A stretch of 64,000 bases of DNA from an uncultured Acidobacteriota bacterium. Lineage in GTDB: Bacteria; Acidobacteriota; Terriglobia; Acidiferrales; UBA7541. The stretch spans positions 196,241 to 260,240 of the forward strand of contig CAVQBU010000019.1 in NCBI GenBank assembly GCA_963710845.1, given 5' to 3'. A model generated the notes under the pieces. The model was not told the DNA's origin. It was given only the letters and a program-made list of their open reading frames with translations, and did not search any database. How positions within the stretch are numbered: the stretch's first letter is position 1; each line of letters begins with the position of its first letter. A program made the translations under genes and the position numbers. Below, piece after piece: positions 25,447-36,474 of the stretch.

Positions 25447-27699
25447 ATGCGCACACTAACCAACTCTTCGCGCCGTGAATTCCTGAAATCCAGTGCAACG
25501 GGTAGCGCCGGCCTACTGCTTGCGTTTTATATTCCCGCCATCGCTTCCGCCGCAGTCGCATCCGAACAGAACTTCCATCCCAACGCTTACATCTTCATCA
25601 ATCCGCAAGGTGACATTCGCCTCGTCGTCACCCGCTCGGAGATGGGCCAGGGCGTGCGCACTGCTCTCGCCATGATCCTCGCCGAGGAACTCGACGCGGA
25701 TTGGTCGCACATCAAAATCGAACAGGGCGATTGCGATCCACAATACGGCGACATGACCACCGGCGGCAGTATGAGTATCCGCAGCACCTGGGATCCGCTG
25801 CGCAAGGCCGGCGCCTCCGCGCGCGACATGCTGCTTAGCGCCGCCGCTGAAACCTGGAGCGTGCCGAAAGATGAATGTACCGCCGCCGGCGACAGCGTCA
25901 TCGAACACAAAAAAACCGCGCGAAAATTGACTTATGGCCAGCTCGCGATCAAAGCCGCCTCCGTCCCGGTACCCAAAGATGCCCCGTTGAAGGATCCCAA
26001 GGACTATCGCATCGTCGGCACCAAGCGCGCCCGCGTGGATGGCCAGCACATCGTCATCGGCGAAGCACATTACGGAATTGATACCAAAGTTCCTGGCATG
26101 CTCTACGTCGTCGTCGCTCGCCCTCCGGTCTTCGGTGGCAAAGTGAAAAAATTCGACGCCACCCGCGCGCTGGCTGTTCCAGGCGTCAAGAAAGTATTTG
26201 AAGTTCCGGCCGTCGAAATGCCGCCGCTCTTCGGCGAAGACCGCAAGCCCGATTCCGGTCACCAGCATTATCTGTGGGGCGGGATCGCCGTCGTCGCGGA
26301 TTCCACCTGGCAAGCCATCGCAGGCCGTCGCGCGCTTACCATTGACTGGGATAACGGTCCCGGCGCCGAAGAATCCACCGAAAAACAACGCGCCACGCTC
26401 ACGGAACTTCTGAAAACTCCCGGCAAGGAACTGAAAAAAATCGGCGATCCGGATTCAGCAGCTGCCTCCGCCGCGAAAACCGTCGAAGCTGATTACGAGA
26501 CTCCGTTTCTCGCGCACATGACCATGGAGCCGGTGAACTGCACCGCCTCCGTCCGCGACGGAAAATGTGAAGTCTGGGCGCCAACGCAGAATCCCAACGG
26601 CATGGCCACCGCATTGGCCAGCGTGCTGAATTTGCCGCAGTCGGCGCTGACCATTCACATCACTCTTATCGGCGGAGGCTTCGGACGTCGCCTGTGCATT
26701 GATTACGGAATCGAAGCAGCGCTCGTTTCGCGCTCGGCCGGCGCGCCTGTAAAAGTCATCTGGACTCGCGACGATGATATTCGCCACGATTACTATCGCC
26801 CGATATCTCACCACCGCCTCCGAGCGGGTTTGAATGCGCAGGGCGAAGTCACTTCCTGGTTGCACCATATCGCCGCGCCCTCCACCGACAGCACATTCCT
26901 CGGCGGCGAAGTCCCCGATACGGGCGGCACCGAAATCGCCGGCACCGGCCTACCCGGTGGCACCGTTCCCAATTATTTGCTGCAGCAAAGTTTCCTGCAC
27001 ACCGCCGTGCCGCGCGGTTACTGGCGCGCCGTGGACATGAACTGGAATCACTTCGCGGTGCAATGCTTCATTGACGAAATTGCAGCAGCCGCGGGCAAGG
27101 ATCCGCTGGACCTGCGGCGGCAATTGATCACGACCAAACAGAAACCAGCCGGCGAGACCGACAACCCAGGAGATGCGCCCGTTAATGTTGACCGGCTACT
27201 CGGGGTCCTGAATCTCGTTGCCGAAAAATCAGAGTGGGGAAAGCCTCTGCCGGCGGGACGCGGTCGCGGCATCGCCGGCCTCTACGGCTTCGGCAGTTAC
27301 GTGGCGCACGTCGCGGAAGTGACGGTCGCAAAAGACGGAACGCTGCACGTGGACCGGGTCGTCGTCGCGGTGGATTGCGGCCAGGTAATCAATCCGGATC
27401 TGGTGGCCGCGCAAATCGAAGGTGGCGTAGTTTTCGGGCTCACTTCAGCGCTGTACGACGAAATCACCATTCAGAACGGCCAGGTGCAGCAGACCAATTT
27501 CGACAACTATCCGATGCTGCGCATCGCGGACATGCCCAAAGTCGAAGTCCACCTGGTGCCTAGCCATGAATCGCCCGGAGGAATTGGCGAGCCCGGCGTG
27601 CCGTCCACCGCTCCCGCCGTCGCCAACGCGATTTTTGCCGCCACGGGCAAGCGCCTGAGGCGACTCCCGTTCCAAACAAAGGAGCTTGCGAAGTCGTAG
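25447..27699 (+). CDS. molybdopterin-binding oxidoreductase large subunit (beta-type) with Tat signal
   Basis: [20 protein letters not shown] twin-arginine leader. About 750-aa xanthine dehydrogenase-family body. GTG at 25438 overlapping the upstream stop is an alternative start. Confidence 0.9.
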   Translation: MRTLTNSSRREFLKSSATGSAGLLLAFYIPAIASAAVASEQNFHPNAYIFINPQGDIRLVVTRSEMGQGVRTALAMILAEELDADWSHIKIEQGDCDPQYGDMTTGGSMSIRSTWDPLRKAGASARDMLLSAAAETWSVPKDECTAAGDSVIEHKKTARKLTYGQLAIKAASVPVPKDAPLKDPKDYRIVGTKRARVDGQHIVIGEAHYGIDTKVPGMLYVVVARPPVFGGKVKKFDATRALAVPGVKKVFEVPAVEMPPLFGEDRKPDSGHQHYLWGGIAVVADSTWQAIAGRRALTIDWDNGPGAEESTEKQRATLTELLKTPGKELKKIGDPDSAAASAAKTVEADYETPFLAHMTMEPVNCTASVRDGKCEVWAPTQNPNGMATALASVLNLPQSALTIHITLIGGGFGRRLCIDYGIEAALVSRSAGAPVKVIWTRDDDIRHDYYRPISHHRLRAGLNAQGEVTSWLHHIAAPSTDSTFLGGEVPDTGGTEIAGTGLPGGTVPNYLLQQSFLHTAVPRGYWRAVDMNWNHFAVQCFIDEIAAAAGKDPLDLRRQLITTKQKPAGETDNPGDAPVNVDRLLGVLNLVAEKSEWGKPLPAGRGRGIAGLYGFGSYVAHVAEVTVAKDGTLHVDRVVVAVDCGQVINPDLVAAQIEGGVVFGLTSALYDEITIQNGQVQQTNFDNYPMLRIADMPKVEVHLVPSHESPGGIGEPGVPSTAPAVANAIFAATGKRLRRLPFQTKELAKS

Positions 27700-27731
27700 C
27701 TCCAATTTGAAAATCGCGCGGACAAAATTCA

Positions 27732-28967
27732 CTAACCGGTGCCCGAAAGGTCCGCGCCTTTCGCCTCACGCCCGCTGATCGTCACGATCACCACCAGCGC
27801 CGACACCAGCACCGCCGTGCACGCCAGCACCGGCGCGAAATTTCCGCCGAAGTAATGTTCCGCAATCTTGGACTGCACCACCGAATTTCGCGACGCAAGT
27901 AAATTCCCCAGCTGATACGCAAGTCCAGGAAACGTGCCGCGCACAGCCGGCGGGGAAAGCTCATTCAGGTGTGCCGGAATCACTCCCCACGCGCCCTGCA
28001 CCATAAACTGCATCAGGAAGCTGCCGAACGCGAGCATCGACGCGGTGTGCGGGTAAACCCACAGCGGAATCATAGGAATTGTCAGCGCGGCGGAGATCAC
28101 GATCGCCTTCCGCCGGCCCAGTCGCTCCGACCAAGAGCCGAAACAGATTCCGCCCAACAACGCGCCGAGGTTGTAAACAATCGCGACCACCCCCACCGTT
28201 GCCGGTGAGAAGCCGCGATTCTTTTGCAGAAACGTGGGATAAACATCCTGCGTGCCGTGGCTGTAGCTGTTGAACGCAAACATCAGCACAATCAAAAAAA
28301 TAAAAGTGCCCAGGTACTTCACAAGATCTCTCCCCAGGTTTCGCTGCACTCCGACGGTTGCTCCGCGGCCCTGCTGCCAAGAGGGCGATTCTTCCACCTT
28401 GGTGCGAATGTAAATCACCAGAAATGCCGGCAGTGCGCCCACCACAAACATTCCACGCCAGCCGATAATGTGAAATAACGTGCCGTACAGCAGCGCCGCC
28501 AACAAGTAGCCCACCACATATCCTTCCTGTAGCAGCCCGGAGAAAAATCCGCGATTTTCGGGCGGCAGGGTTTCAAATGCCAGCGCCGCGCCAACGCCCC
28601 ATTCGCCGCCCATCGCAATACCGAATAGCGCCCGCATGATCAGAAAAATATGTAGCGAGGGAGCGAACGCGGAAGCCAGCTCGAACAGCGAAAATGCGAC
28701 GATGTTTATCATCAAGGCGGGCCGACGCCCGTAACGATCGGCGATCGTTCCAAAGAGAAGTGCACCGACAGGCCGCATGGCGAGCGTCAGGAAAACAGCC
28801 TCGAACACGCCAGAAACCTGTGCGTGGAATTCGGTGGCAATAGCGCTGACGCAGAAAGTCAGAATGAAGAAATCGAAAGCATCGAGCGACCACCCGAGGA
28901 AACAGGCGATGAAGGTATTGCGCTGCGCTGCGGTGAGGCGCCGGAAATGCCCTACAATCTCGATGAT
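27732..28967 (-). CDS. MFS transporter (no canonical start codon for the first ~50 conserved residues)
   Basis: GTIADRYGRRPAL motif A and 12-TM layout. The frame stays open upstream of GTG 28808 and encodes ..LTAAQRNTFIACFLGWSLDAFDFFILTF.. back to ATC ATC at 28967-28962, after GAGGGGG. Confidence 0.8.
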   Translation of the reverse strand: MIEIVGHFRRLTAAQRNTFIACFLGWSLDAFDFFILTFCVSAIATEFHAQVSGVFEAVFLTLAMRPVGALLFGTIADRYGRRPALMINIVAFSLFELASAFAPSLHIFLIMRALFGIAMGGEWGVGAALAFETLPPENRGFFSGLLQEGYVVGYLLAALLYGTLFHIIGWRGMFVVGALPAFLVIYIRTKVEESPSWQQGRGATVGVQRNLGRDLVKYLGTFIFLIVLMFAFNSYSHGTQDVYPTFLQKNRGFSPATVGVVAIVYNLGALLGGICFGSWSERLGRRKAIVISAALTIPMIPLWVYPHTASMLAFGSFLMQFMVQGAWGVIPAHLNELSPPAVRGTFPGLAYQLGNLLASRNSVVQSKIAEHYFGGNFAPVLACTAVLVSALVVIVTISGREAKGADLSGTG

Positions 28968-29038
28968 TTGCCCCCTCGCAGCGGCTCAGCCGCGTGTCAG
29001 ACGCATCGCCAATCCTACGCACGCGAAATCTTGCGAAC

Positions 29039-29926
29039 TCAGCGGCGTCGCGCTATTTGCGGAGATACGAGCGCGTCGCAGACTCGCGCCACCTGCGCCA
29101 TTTCCGTCACATCGTGCACGCGAACAATGTGCGCTCCCTGCAGGATGCTCGCCGCAACCGTGGCTGCCGTGCCCCACATGCGATCCGCTCCGGTACCGGC
29201 GGGCAGTTCACTCGTGCCCAGCATCTTGGCGATGAAACTTTTCCGCGACGTGCCCACCAACAATGGATAACCCAAACGCACCAGCTCCGGCAAACGCTCC
29301 AGCAATTCGCAGTTCTGCTCGAAGCTTTTGCCGAAACCAATCCCCGGGTCCAGCACGATTTGCGATTTCGCCACTCCCGCTCGCCGCGCCAGCTTAACCG
29401 CATGGCCCAATCCCTTCGCAACGTCGCGCAGCACATCGCGCGCAAAAGGAGTTTTCTGCATCGTGCGCGGATTCCCGCGCATATGCATCAGTATGAGGGC
29501 CAACTTCCGCCGTCGTGCAATGTCCGCGATTCGTGGATCGTTGCGCAGCGCCGTCACATCATTCACAATCTCAGCGCCCGCTTCCGCCGCCGCTTCCACC
29601 ACTTCTGACTTGCTGGTATCCACCGAAACGGGAATCCGAATCTTTCCTCGCAGCTTTTCAATTACCGGCAATACGCGCTGCATTTCCGTTTCTGCAGAAA
29701 CCCCAAGCGATCCAGGCCGTGTGGATTCGCCGCCCACATCAATAATGTCCGCGCCGGCGGCCTCCATAGCCAATGCCTGCGCTACCGCCGCGTCAACATT
29801 CAGAAATAATCCGCCGTCGGAGAAACTGTCGGGCGTCACGTTCAGCACACCCATCACGAGTGTGCGCTTACCGAGAGCCAGTGTGCGCGCGGGCAGGCGC
29901 AGCTGAAAGTGTCGGCGGTGGAGCAT
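29039..29926 (-). CDS. folP: dihydropteroate synthase
   Basis: MGVLNVTPDSFSDGG, DIIDVGGESTRPG, VDTSKSEV and GIGFGK motifs. Confidence 0.9.
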   Translation of the reverse strand: MLHRRHFQLRLPARTLALGKRTLVMGVLNVTPDSFSDGGLFLNVDAAVAQALAMEAAGADIIDVGGESTRPGSLGVSAETEMQRVLPVIEKLRGKIRIPVSVDTSKSEVVEAAAEAGAEIVNDVTALRNDPRIADIARRRKLALILMHMRGNPRTMQKTPFARDVLRDVAKGLGHAVKLARRAGVAKSQIVLDPGIGFGKSFEQNCELLERLPELVRLGYPLLVGTSRKSFIAKMLGTSELPAGTGADRMWGTAATVAASILQGAHIVRVHDVTEMAQVARVCDALVSPQIARRR

Positions 29927-30021
29927 CGCTCGCTATTGAATCATGGTTTTCGCAAAAGCCTAAGCCCGAGCGCGTGCGTCCAGATGGCGCGGAGACCTGT
30001 GAGCACAGCGGAAGGCGAGAA

Positions 30022-31281
30022 TTACGGCGTCGCGGCTACGTAATAGGAAGCCCGATTTACCACTGTCGGATCGCCGTGATCAATCACTTCCACGCGCAAC
30101 TGGTGCCAGCCAGGATGCGGTGGCGCGGCGGCGTTGTTCGCAGGAGCGAATCCCAGTGTGTACTCCGCGCGAATCTTCAGTGCGATCTGCCGGAACGTAT
30201 CCGCAAGCGTTTCCGCCTCGCGCAGGAAATACAATTGACCCCCGGATCTTCGCGCCAATTCCGCAAGGTACAGCGTGTACGCGGGAATGCCCGACTCTTG
30301 TGCCGAGTAGGTGAGCAGCGTTTGGCTCGAATGCAATTGCACCCATGCCGGCGTCATGATTTTCGGACGGCTTTCGGTGGAAACAGCAAACACTTCAATA
30401 TTTTCCGCGGCCAATGCTCGCGTCACGTCGTCAAATGTGAGCTGGTCGGCCGGCCATCCCGCGCGTGGCCCCGCGGTTTTGGGATCGAGCGTGAGGCCCA
30501 GCCCGCTATCCTGCCCATCGGTAAGTAACACGATCGCCTTGCGCCCGGTGTGCCCTGCGAACAGCTCGCGGGCCGTGAGAAACACTGCCTGGTAAATATT
30601 CGAACCGCCGGTATCCTCCAATAACGAGCGGGCGTCCACGCGCGCAACTGCCTTGCGAATCAGCCCCCAATCACCGGAAAAGGGAAGCTGGAGGTAAGTG
30701 TGCGCCGAAAAATCCACGATGGCGGTTCGATCGGAAGATGAAAGCGCGTCCACCAGCGCGCGCGCCGCGTTCCGCATTTCATCGGACTCGCGCAGAACAC
30801 TTGGGCTCGCGTCAATCACGATTGCCACGCTGGCTGATTCCGTGGAAGCGTCAAAATACGTGAGCGGCTGTGGCACGCCGTCGTCAAAAACCCGGAAATC
30901 CGCAATCTGCAATCCGCGCACCGCCACGCCGTCCGCCCCGATCACGCCGCACGTCACCGGAACAATCTGCGTGACGACCGCAATCGCATGCGAATCAGCT
31001 GGGGTTCCGGTGCCGGCGGAGTCCTTCGCCCCAACTCCGTTCGGGGCCCCTCCCGCCCGAACCGCCTTCAACTCGCCGGTTACAGGATCACGCTTCCAGG
31101 AAACGTCCTCGTCCAGGCGCCGCGGCCGCGGAAGTTTTGTTTTTTGCTGAGCTTGCAGGGAAATCGCTGGAAAGACGATTGGAGAAGCCATCAGCGCCAA
31201 GGCCAACGCAAGACCACACGCCGCAAAGCGATGACCACGCCGATGCGCGAGCCTTTTGCGGACAATCCGGAATAGTGCCAT
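30022..31281 (-). CDS. VWA domain-containing protein (acidobacterial VWFA-type), secreted
   Basis: Signal/TM segment followed by the MIDAS motif AIVIDASPS. 419 aa. Confidence 0.8.
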   Translation of the reverse strand: MALFRIVRKRLAHRRGHRFAACGLALALALMASPIVFPAISLQAQQKTKLPRPRRLDEDVSWKRDPVTGELKAVRAGGAPNGVGAKDSAGTGTPADSHAIAVVTQIVPVTCGVIGADGVAVRGLQIADFRVFDDGVPQPLTYFDASTESASVAIVIDASPSVLRESDEMRNAARALVDALSSSDRTAIVDFSAHTYLQLPFSGDWGLIRKAVARVDARSLLEDTGGSNIYQAVFLTARELFAGHTGRKAIVLLTDGQDSGLGLTLDPKTAGPRAGWPADQLTFDDVTRALAAENIEVFAVSTESRPKIMTPAWVQLHSSQTLLTYSAQESGIPAYTLYLAELARRSGGQLYFLREAETLADTFRQIALKIRAEYTLGFAPANNAAAPPHPGWHQLRVEVIDHGDPTVVNRASYYVAATP

Positions 31282-31288
31282 CGCGCGG

Positions 31289-31597
31289 CTAATCGAGGTC
31301 GAAATCGCGCAGAGGTTTTTCGATCGGGCCGTCTTTCGCCTTTTTCAAACCCTCAGCGAATTTTCGCGCCAGTACGTCTTCCTTCGATTTCTCCGCTTCC
31401 ACAGATGCGCGGAATTTCGCTTCCACCGCGTCTACCTGTTGCCGCAGCAGCGCAGCCGTGTCGTCCAGGTCCACCGAAGGCGGCGGCTTCGGCGGCGGGA
31501 CGTGCGACAATACCACGCCAATCTCGCGATCCACCGTGAGCTTCGCCTGGCAGCACGGGCAACCAACCGTAAACGTGTCCAATGGTTTCTGAGTCAT
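31289..31597 (-). CDS. small zinc-ribbon-like hypothetical protein
   Basis: CPCCQAKL near the N-terminus, a Pro-rich linker and a helical K/E-rich tail. Lies 7 nt upstream of the VWA gene on the same strand. Confidence 0.5.
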   Translation of the reverse strand: MTQKPLDTFTVGCPCCQAKLTVDREIGVVLSHVPPPKPPPSVDLDDTAALLRQQVDAVEAKFRASVEAEKSKEDVLARKFAEGLKKAKDGPIEKPLRDFDLD

Positions 31598-31862
31598 ATG
31601 CGCATTTTACGCCAATTTTGGTGTATCAGATATTCCAGGTGAAACTCCTCACCCAGGCTTCATGGCCGCTTTCGTGCTAAAGGTTTAACTGTATCGGCCG
31701 ATGTCTAGATTCCGTCGAGGTAGCGAACTGCGTAAAGTGCTTTGGATGCAACGAGCCGGCAGTTCATTGGCGATTGTTCGCAAACGGCACGGAATGTTTC
31801 GGGCGACATTTTCTTTGTCCTTACTCTAGGCTCTACCTAGCCACTGGTCGGGTGAACCCACA

Positions 31863-32698
31863 TTGAGTGCACAAATCAAGATTGTTCCAACGCTTCGACC
31901 ATCTCTACCAGAACTCCTCAAATCGGGGCCTGACCGCCGCAAACGCAAACGTGGCATGTTTTCCGTTCCGGTACAGATTCGCGGCGGAGTCGGAACACTT
32001 GAAGTCTTCGAGGATCTGGTCACCAGCCTTGACGTTTCGCGCGATGGCCTGCTGTTGTCCACCTCGCGCGGCGGATATTCAGTCGGCCAAAAGCTGCATG
32101 TCTCTTGCCCTTACTGGTGTGCACCCACTGCGATCAATGTTCCGCGCAATGCGCAAGTAATTCGCAACGTGCTTCTGCCAAACTACACCTACGCCCTCGC
32201 CCTCCAATTTATGCCGGGAATTTGCGAGGAGACTTCCTGGAATATTTCGGCTTCGCCGTATCCGAATCAGGTGCGTGTGCTCTGCGTCGAATCGGATTCA
32301 ATTGCGTCGCGCGCGCTTTGCGCCATACTGGAAAAGGATGGTTACCATGTCGTGGCGGTCTCCACGGCGAAAGAGGCGCTCGACATTTTGAGCAGCGAGG
32401 CTCCCGACGTAATTCTTGCTGAAGCAGAGTGCCAGGGCCAGGAAATCTCCGGCAAGGATCTGTGCGCGATCGTCAAAACTTGCCCGCGCTTGCAGCACAT
32501 TCCCGTGATTTTGCTTACCAGTTCTGCTTTGCCGTCCGATTACGCTACCAGCCATCAAATCGGCGCCGTTGTTTGCATGACGATTCCGTGCAGCCCGAAC
32601 GCGTTCGCAGTGCCATCCATCTGGTTGCGGCCCCGCCCGCGCTCTGCTCGGTCTACAGTGCGCGCTTCAACGTGGCCGCCTTCGTGCGCACGTCCTAG
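31863..32698 (+). CDS. PilZ domain / response-regulator receiver fusion protein with apparent 1-nt frameshift near the 3' end
   Basis: PilZ motifs RRKRKR...DVSRDGLLL. Receiver region VLCVESD..DVILAE..PVILLTS. After ..GAVVCMTIP the +1 frame reads VQPERVRSAIHLV... and stops at 32698. The unshifted 418-aa ORF runs antisense into ftsH. Confidence 0.65.
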
Positions 32699-32746
32699 TT
32701 GTGCATTCGTAGGCCTGTTCCGTGATCTCGCTCAGCGCAAAAAAAA

Positions 32747-32774
32747 GAACCTCGTCCCTTTCGAGACGAGGTTC
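32747..32774. terminator. bidirectional rho-independent terminator between the PilZ-REC gene and ftsH
   Basis: GAACCTCGTC-ccctttcga-GACGAGGTTC, flanked by A8 on the left and CAAAAAA on the right (U tracts on both strands). Confidence 0.75.
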
Positions 32775-32803
32775 CAAAAAATCCCATCATTGCTTAAACG
32801 AAT

Positions 32804-34744
32804 CTACGCTGGAGCCGGTTTTTCACCCTTAGCCAGCCCCGGAATTGGCCGGGGTTCAGGCCGCAGTGAAAGCTGCGGCTCCTTGGTCGGCACGGGCGGC
32901 GCAGCGGGCGGAGGAGGCGGTATCTTCTCCGGTAGCGGCTTGCCTTCCATCAAGAGCTTCAATTCCACGGCATCCAAAACCTCGCGGTCCAGCAGGGCTT
33001 GCGCAATGCGCTCGAGCTTGTCGCGTTGCGTCTCCAAAATATTGCGCGCCTTGCTGTATCCATTCGTGACGATGCTGCGAACTTCTCCGTCAATCTTGAT
33101 CGCGGTGTCTTCTGAATAGTCGCGGTGTTGTGCGATCTCCCGCCCCAGGAAAATCGCTTCTTCCTTCTTGCCGAAAGTCAGCGGTCCCAGAACGCTCATG
33201 CCCCATTCGCACACCATCTGCCGCGCGATTTCGGTGGCGCGTTCGATATCGTTACCCGCGCCGGTGGTGATGTGGTGCAAGAAGATTTCCTCGGCGGCGC
33301 GCCCACCCATCAGTACGGCCAGTTGCGCCTCCAGGAACTCCTTGGTGTAAGTGTGCTTGTCGTCAATCGGCAATTGCATAGTGACGCCCAGCGCCATGCC
33401 GCGCGGAATGATCGTCACCTTGTGCAGCGGATCAGCGCCCGGGGTCATCGCCGCCACCAGCGCGTGCCCCGCCTCGTGATACGCCGTATTGCGCTTTTCC
33501 TCGTCCGACAAAATCATGGATCTGCGCTCGACGCCCATCAGGACTTTGTCCTTGGACATCTCGAAATCCACCATTGCGACGAATTTGCGGTTCTGCCGTG
33601 CCGCCCACAGCGCGGATTCGTTCACCAGGTTCGCCAGATCAGCGCCCGAAAATCCTGGCGTGCCGCGCGCAATAACCGAAAGATCTACGTCCTCGGAAAG
33701 AGGTACTTTGCGCGTGTGCACGCGAAGAATTTCCTCGCGGCCCTTCACGTCAGGTCGCGGCACCACTACGCGCCGGTCAAAACGGCCGGGACGCAGCAAC
33801 GCCGGGTCCAGCACATCAGGACGGTTCGTCGCGGCAATCAATATCACGCCTTCGTTCGATTCAAATCCGTCCATTTCCACGAGCAAAGCGTTCAAAGTCT
33901 GCTCGCGTTCGTCGTGACCGCCGCCCAGTCCCGCGCCGCGATGCCGTCCAACCGCGTCAATTTCATCTATGAAAATGATGCACGGCGCATTCTTCTTGCC
34001 CTGCTCGAACAAATCGCGCACGCGGCTCGCGCCTACGCCTACAAACATCTCAACGAAATCGGAACCCGAAATCGAAAAGAACGGCACATTCGCCTCGCCC
34101 GCAATCGCGCGCGCCAGCAAAGTCTTGCCCGTTCCCGGAGGTCCCACCAGCAGCACACCCTTCGGAATACGTCCACCGAGCTTTTGGAATTTCTGCGGAT
34201 CCTTCAAGAAATCAATAATTTCGTACAGCTCTTCCTTCGGTTCATCAATTCCCGCCACGTCCTTAAACGTCGCCTTCTTCTGTTGCGCCGTCAACAAACG
34301 TGCGCGGGATTTCCCGAAGCTGAGCGCCTTGTTTCCGCCCGCTTGCATCTGCTTCATCATGAAGACCCAGAAAAGAACCAGCAGCAGCAGCGGGCCAAAA
34401 TTCACCAGGAATGTCAGCCAGTCGGCGTTCTTCACTTCCTTATAGTTATAAATGACGTTATGGTCCTGCAGCACCTTCGTGACATCCGGAATGGCGGTGT
34501 TGGCGATGGTCACGCCACGGAATTTCCCGCCTTCGCGGTACTCGCCCTGCAATTCGGCGCTGTTCGGTGAAAGGTAGATCTGCACATCCTTGACGCCGTT
34601 GTTCTGCACCTTCGCCAGGAAATTCGTATAGTTGGGCTCGTCGTCGTGCGCGGACTGGCCCCCGGTCGAGGCCATTCTCCACAAAACCACCGCCAGCAAA
34701 ATCATTAATAGCCAAAATAAAATCGTTCGGACCGTTGAATTCAC
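32804..34744 (-). CDS. ftsH: ATP-dependent zinc metalloprotease FtsH
   Basis: [13 protein letters not shown] Walker A, SRH region and HEAGHA zinc motif. Two N-terminal TM segments. Confidence 0.95.
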   Translation of the reverse strand: MNSTVRTILFWLLMILLAVVLWRMASTGGQSAHDDEPNYTNFLAKVQNNGVKDVQIYLSPNSAELQGEYREGGKFRGVTIANTAIPDVTKVLQDHNVIYNYKEVKNADWLTFLVNFGPLLLLVLFWVFMMKQMQAGGNKALSFGKSRARLLTAQQKKATFKDVAGIDEPKEELYEIIDFLKDPQKFQKLGGRIPKGVLLVGPPGTGKTLLARAIAGEANVPFFSISGSDFVEMFVGVGASRVRDLFEQGKKNAPCIIFIDEIDAVGRHRGAGLGGGHDEREQTLNALLVEMDGFESNEGVILIAATNRPDVLDPALLRPGRFDRRVVVPRPDVKGREEILRVHTRKVPLSEDVDLSVIARGTPGFSGADLANLVNESALWAARQNRKFVAMVDFEMSKDKVLMGVERRSMILSDEEKRNTAYHEAGHALVAAMTPGADPLHKVTIIPRGMALGVTMQLPIDDKHTYTKEFLEAQLAVLMGGRAAEEIFLHHITTGAGNDIERATEIARQMVCEWGMSVLGPLTFGKKEEAIFLGREIAQHRDYSEDTAIKIDGEVRSIVTNGYSKARNILETQRDKLERIAQALLDREVLDAVELKLLMEGKPLPEKIPPPPPAAPPVPTKEPQLSLRPEPRPIPGLAKGEKPAPA

Positions 34745-34860
34745 CTTATTACCTCACCTGTTGCAGCCTAACCAAAATAATTGCGAAAAATAGATCCCGT
34801 CACAGCTTCAACAACTTAGATGCAAATCCCGACAAGACGTATTCAACTTAGTCGGTAGCT

Positions 34861-36357
34861 TTATGCGCTTTCTTCTTCAATCACAAATCCCATCCGCGTG
34901 TTTTCCTTCGCGCGGAATTCTTCGGCAGCCGGCATCCCCTGGGCCCAAATCACTCGCCCGCCACTTTCCAGCACCGGCCAGGCTGCACGTTCGCCACTTG
35001 GAACACGCCTGGTCAGGAACATGCTCTTCAGCTTCCGTTCATGGCGTCGGCCATGAGGCCGATAGGCGTCGCCAGGCCTCCAATTCCGCAGGATCAAAGG
35101 AGAGCGCAGGAGGTCTGCATCGAGGGCGTTGGCGTCCTTCTTAGTGTCGCTCTCCGTCACAGGCCAGTCAATCACTTTCAGCCGGAAGCACTTTCCTAGT
35201 TCCGGAATGGAAACAGTCTCCGTGCTGCGCAATGGAAGGCTCACAATATACTCGTACCCGCCAACTGGCTTTGTGGTTCCGTTGCTCGTGCGTTGCCCCC
35301 CAGCTTCTTTGCCGGAAAAAATCAGTTCGCCGAGACTTCGCCACACAATGATTCCGCCAGGAAGTTCCACTTGGTGGCCACTGCTGGATCTGGCTGCGAG
35401 GTGCATTACGTGCTCGACGTGGTTTGCACCCAATTCGCGACGGTCACCCCGCACCTCTTCATAAAGACGGCGAATCAGCCGTTCCGTAAGCACCCGCGAT
35501 GGCCCGAATTCATTGCATTTCGGCGCCGTGCGATTTTGCCCATCAGAAATTTGCTGCGTGAGCGGCGTCAACATGTCATGTACCGCGACGCGAACCTCAT
35601 CGCCGTCCCTACGCGCCAGAGCTTGGAATCGATCCTCGACGAGCGCATCCCAGAAATTTCCTTCTTCCCGCGCCAATCGGGCCAGCTCGCCCAGGTGTCC
35701 GACAATCTCAGCCGAAAAATCGCGCTCCAGCACCGGCAATAGCTGCTCGCGAATGTGTGCGCGCGTCCGCCGGATGTCTCGATTCGTGGAATCTTCCCTC
35801 CATGCCTGGTCGTTCGCACGCAGATATTCACGCAAAATTTCCCGGCGCGTGCCGAGCAGTGGCCGCACAACGGCCCCGGCAACTGGATAAATTCCTGCAA
35901 GGCCCGTTGGACCGGTTCCACGCATCAGGTGCGCCAGAAGCGTTTCGGCTTGATCATCCGCCGTATGTGCTACCGCGATGTGCGTGGCTTTCCCCTGACT
36001 AATCACGCGCTGGAAAAACGCATAGCGTAGCCGCCGCGCCGCATCTTCCTGGTTCCACCCTCGGCGCGCCGCTTCCACTCCTACAGCTTCACGCCCGGCC
36101 ACGAATTCCAGATTGAAAGTATTCGCCAGTTCCGCGACGAAGGCAGCGTCTGCATCGGATTCGGCCCCGCGTAGCGCGTGATCGAAGTGCACAACCGTCA
36201 GCGTGATGCCCAATTCGTCCCGCAAACGATCGAGCAGCCGCAAAAGCGCCACCGAATCGGCGCCCCCTGAAACGGCGACGCCCACGCGATTTCCAGCGGC
36301 CAACATCCGCGAAGTTCGAATGTTTGCCAGTACGGATTGTTCGAGCGGGACTCGCAT
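34861..36357 (-). CDS. tilS: tRNA(Ile)-lysidine synthetase
   Basis: PP-loop VAVSGGADSVALL. Conserved tilS-ftsH neighbourhood. ATG at 36357 chosen over the longer ORF. Confidence 0.9.
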   Translation of the reverse strand: MRVPLEQSVLANIRTSRMLAAGNRVGVAVSGGADSVALLRLLDRLRDELGITLTVVHFDHALRGAESDADAAFVAELANTFNLEFVAGREAVGVEAARRGWNQEDAARRLRYAFFQRVISQGKATHIAVAHTADDQAETLLAHLMRGTGPTGLAGIYPVAGAVVRPLLGTRREILREYLRANDQAWREDSTNRDIRRTRAHIREQLLPVLERDFSAEIVGHLGELARLAREEGNFWDALVEDRFQALARRDGDEVRVAVHDMLTPLTQQISDGQNRTAPKCNEFGPSRVLTERLIRRLYEEVRGDRRELGANHVEHVMHLAARSSSGHQVELPGGIIVWRSLGELIFSGKEAGGQRTSNGTTKPVGGYEYIVSLPLRSTETVSIPELGKCFRLKVIDWPVTESDTKKDANALDADLLRSPLILRNWRPGDAYRPHGRRHERKLKSMFLTRRVPSGERAAWPVLESGGRVIWAQGMPAAEEFRAKENTRMGFVIEEESA

Positions 36358-36474
36358 CGGCCGTTTTTCGTGCGCCCTCGGGATCAGGATATGGCCATGG
36401 TAACAGCGGGATTGGTTAGGGTCGAGGGTAGTACGAACGTGACAAGAAAAATCCACTTCGGAGACGCCGGAAAA

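Noticed and set aside
32699-33119. The 3' part of the 418-aa ORF 31863-33119.
   Set aside because: It runs through a strong bidirectional terminator and antisense into ftsH. A +1 frame gives a canonical receiver-domain ending at 32698.
33125-34570. 481-aa plus-strand ORF, and similar long ORFs at 57665-58813, 25513-26388, 23435-24235, 62713-63729 and 53705-54316.
   Set aside because: All lie antisense to strongly supported genes (ftsH, MBL/alr, oxidoreductase, tkt, rpsF/pth, rlmB). Their Arg/His/Pro-rich low-complexity translations are typical of shadow ORFs in high-GC DNA.
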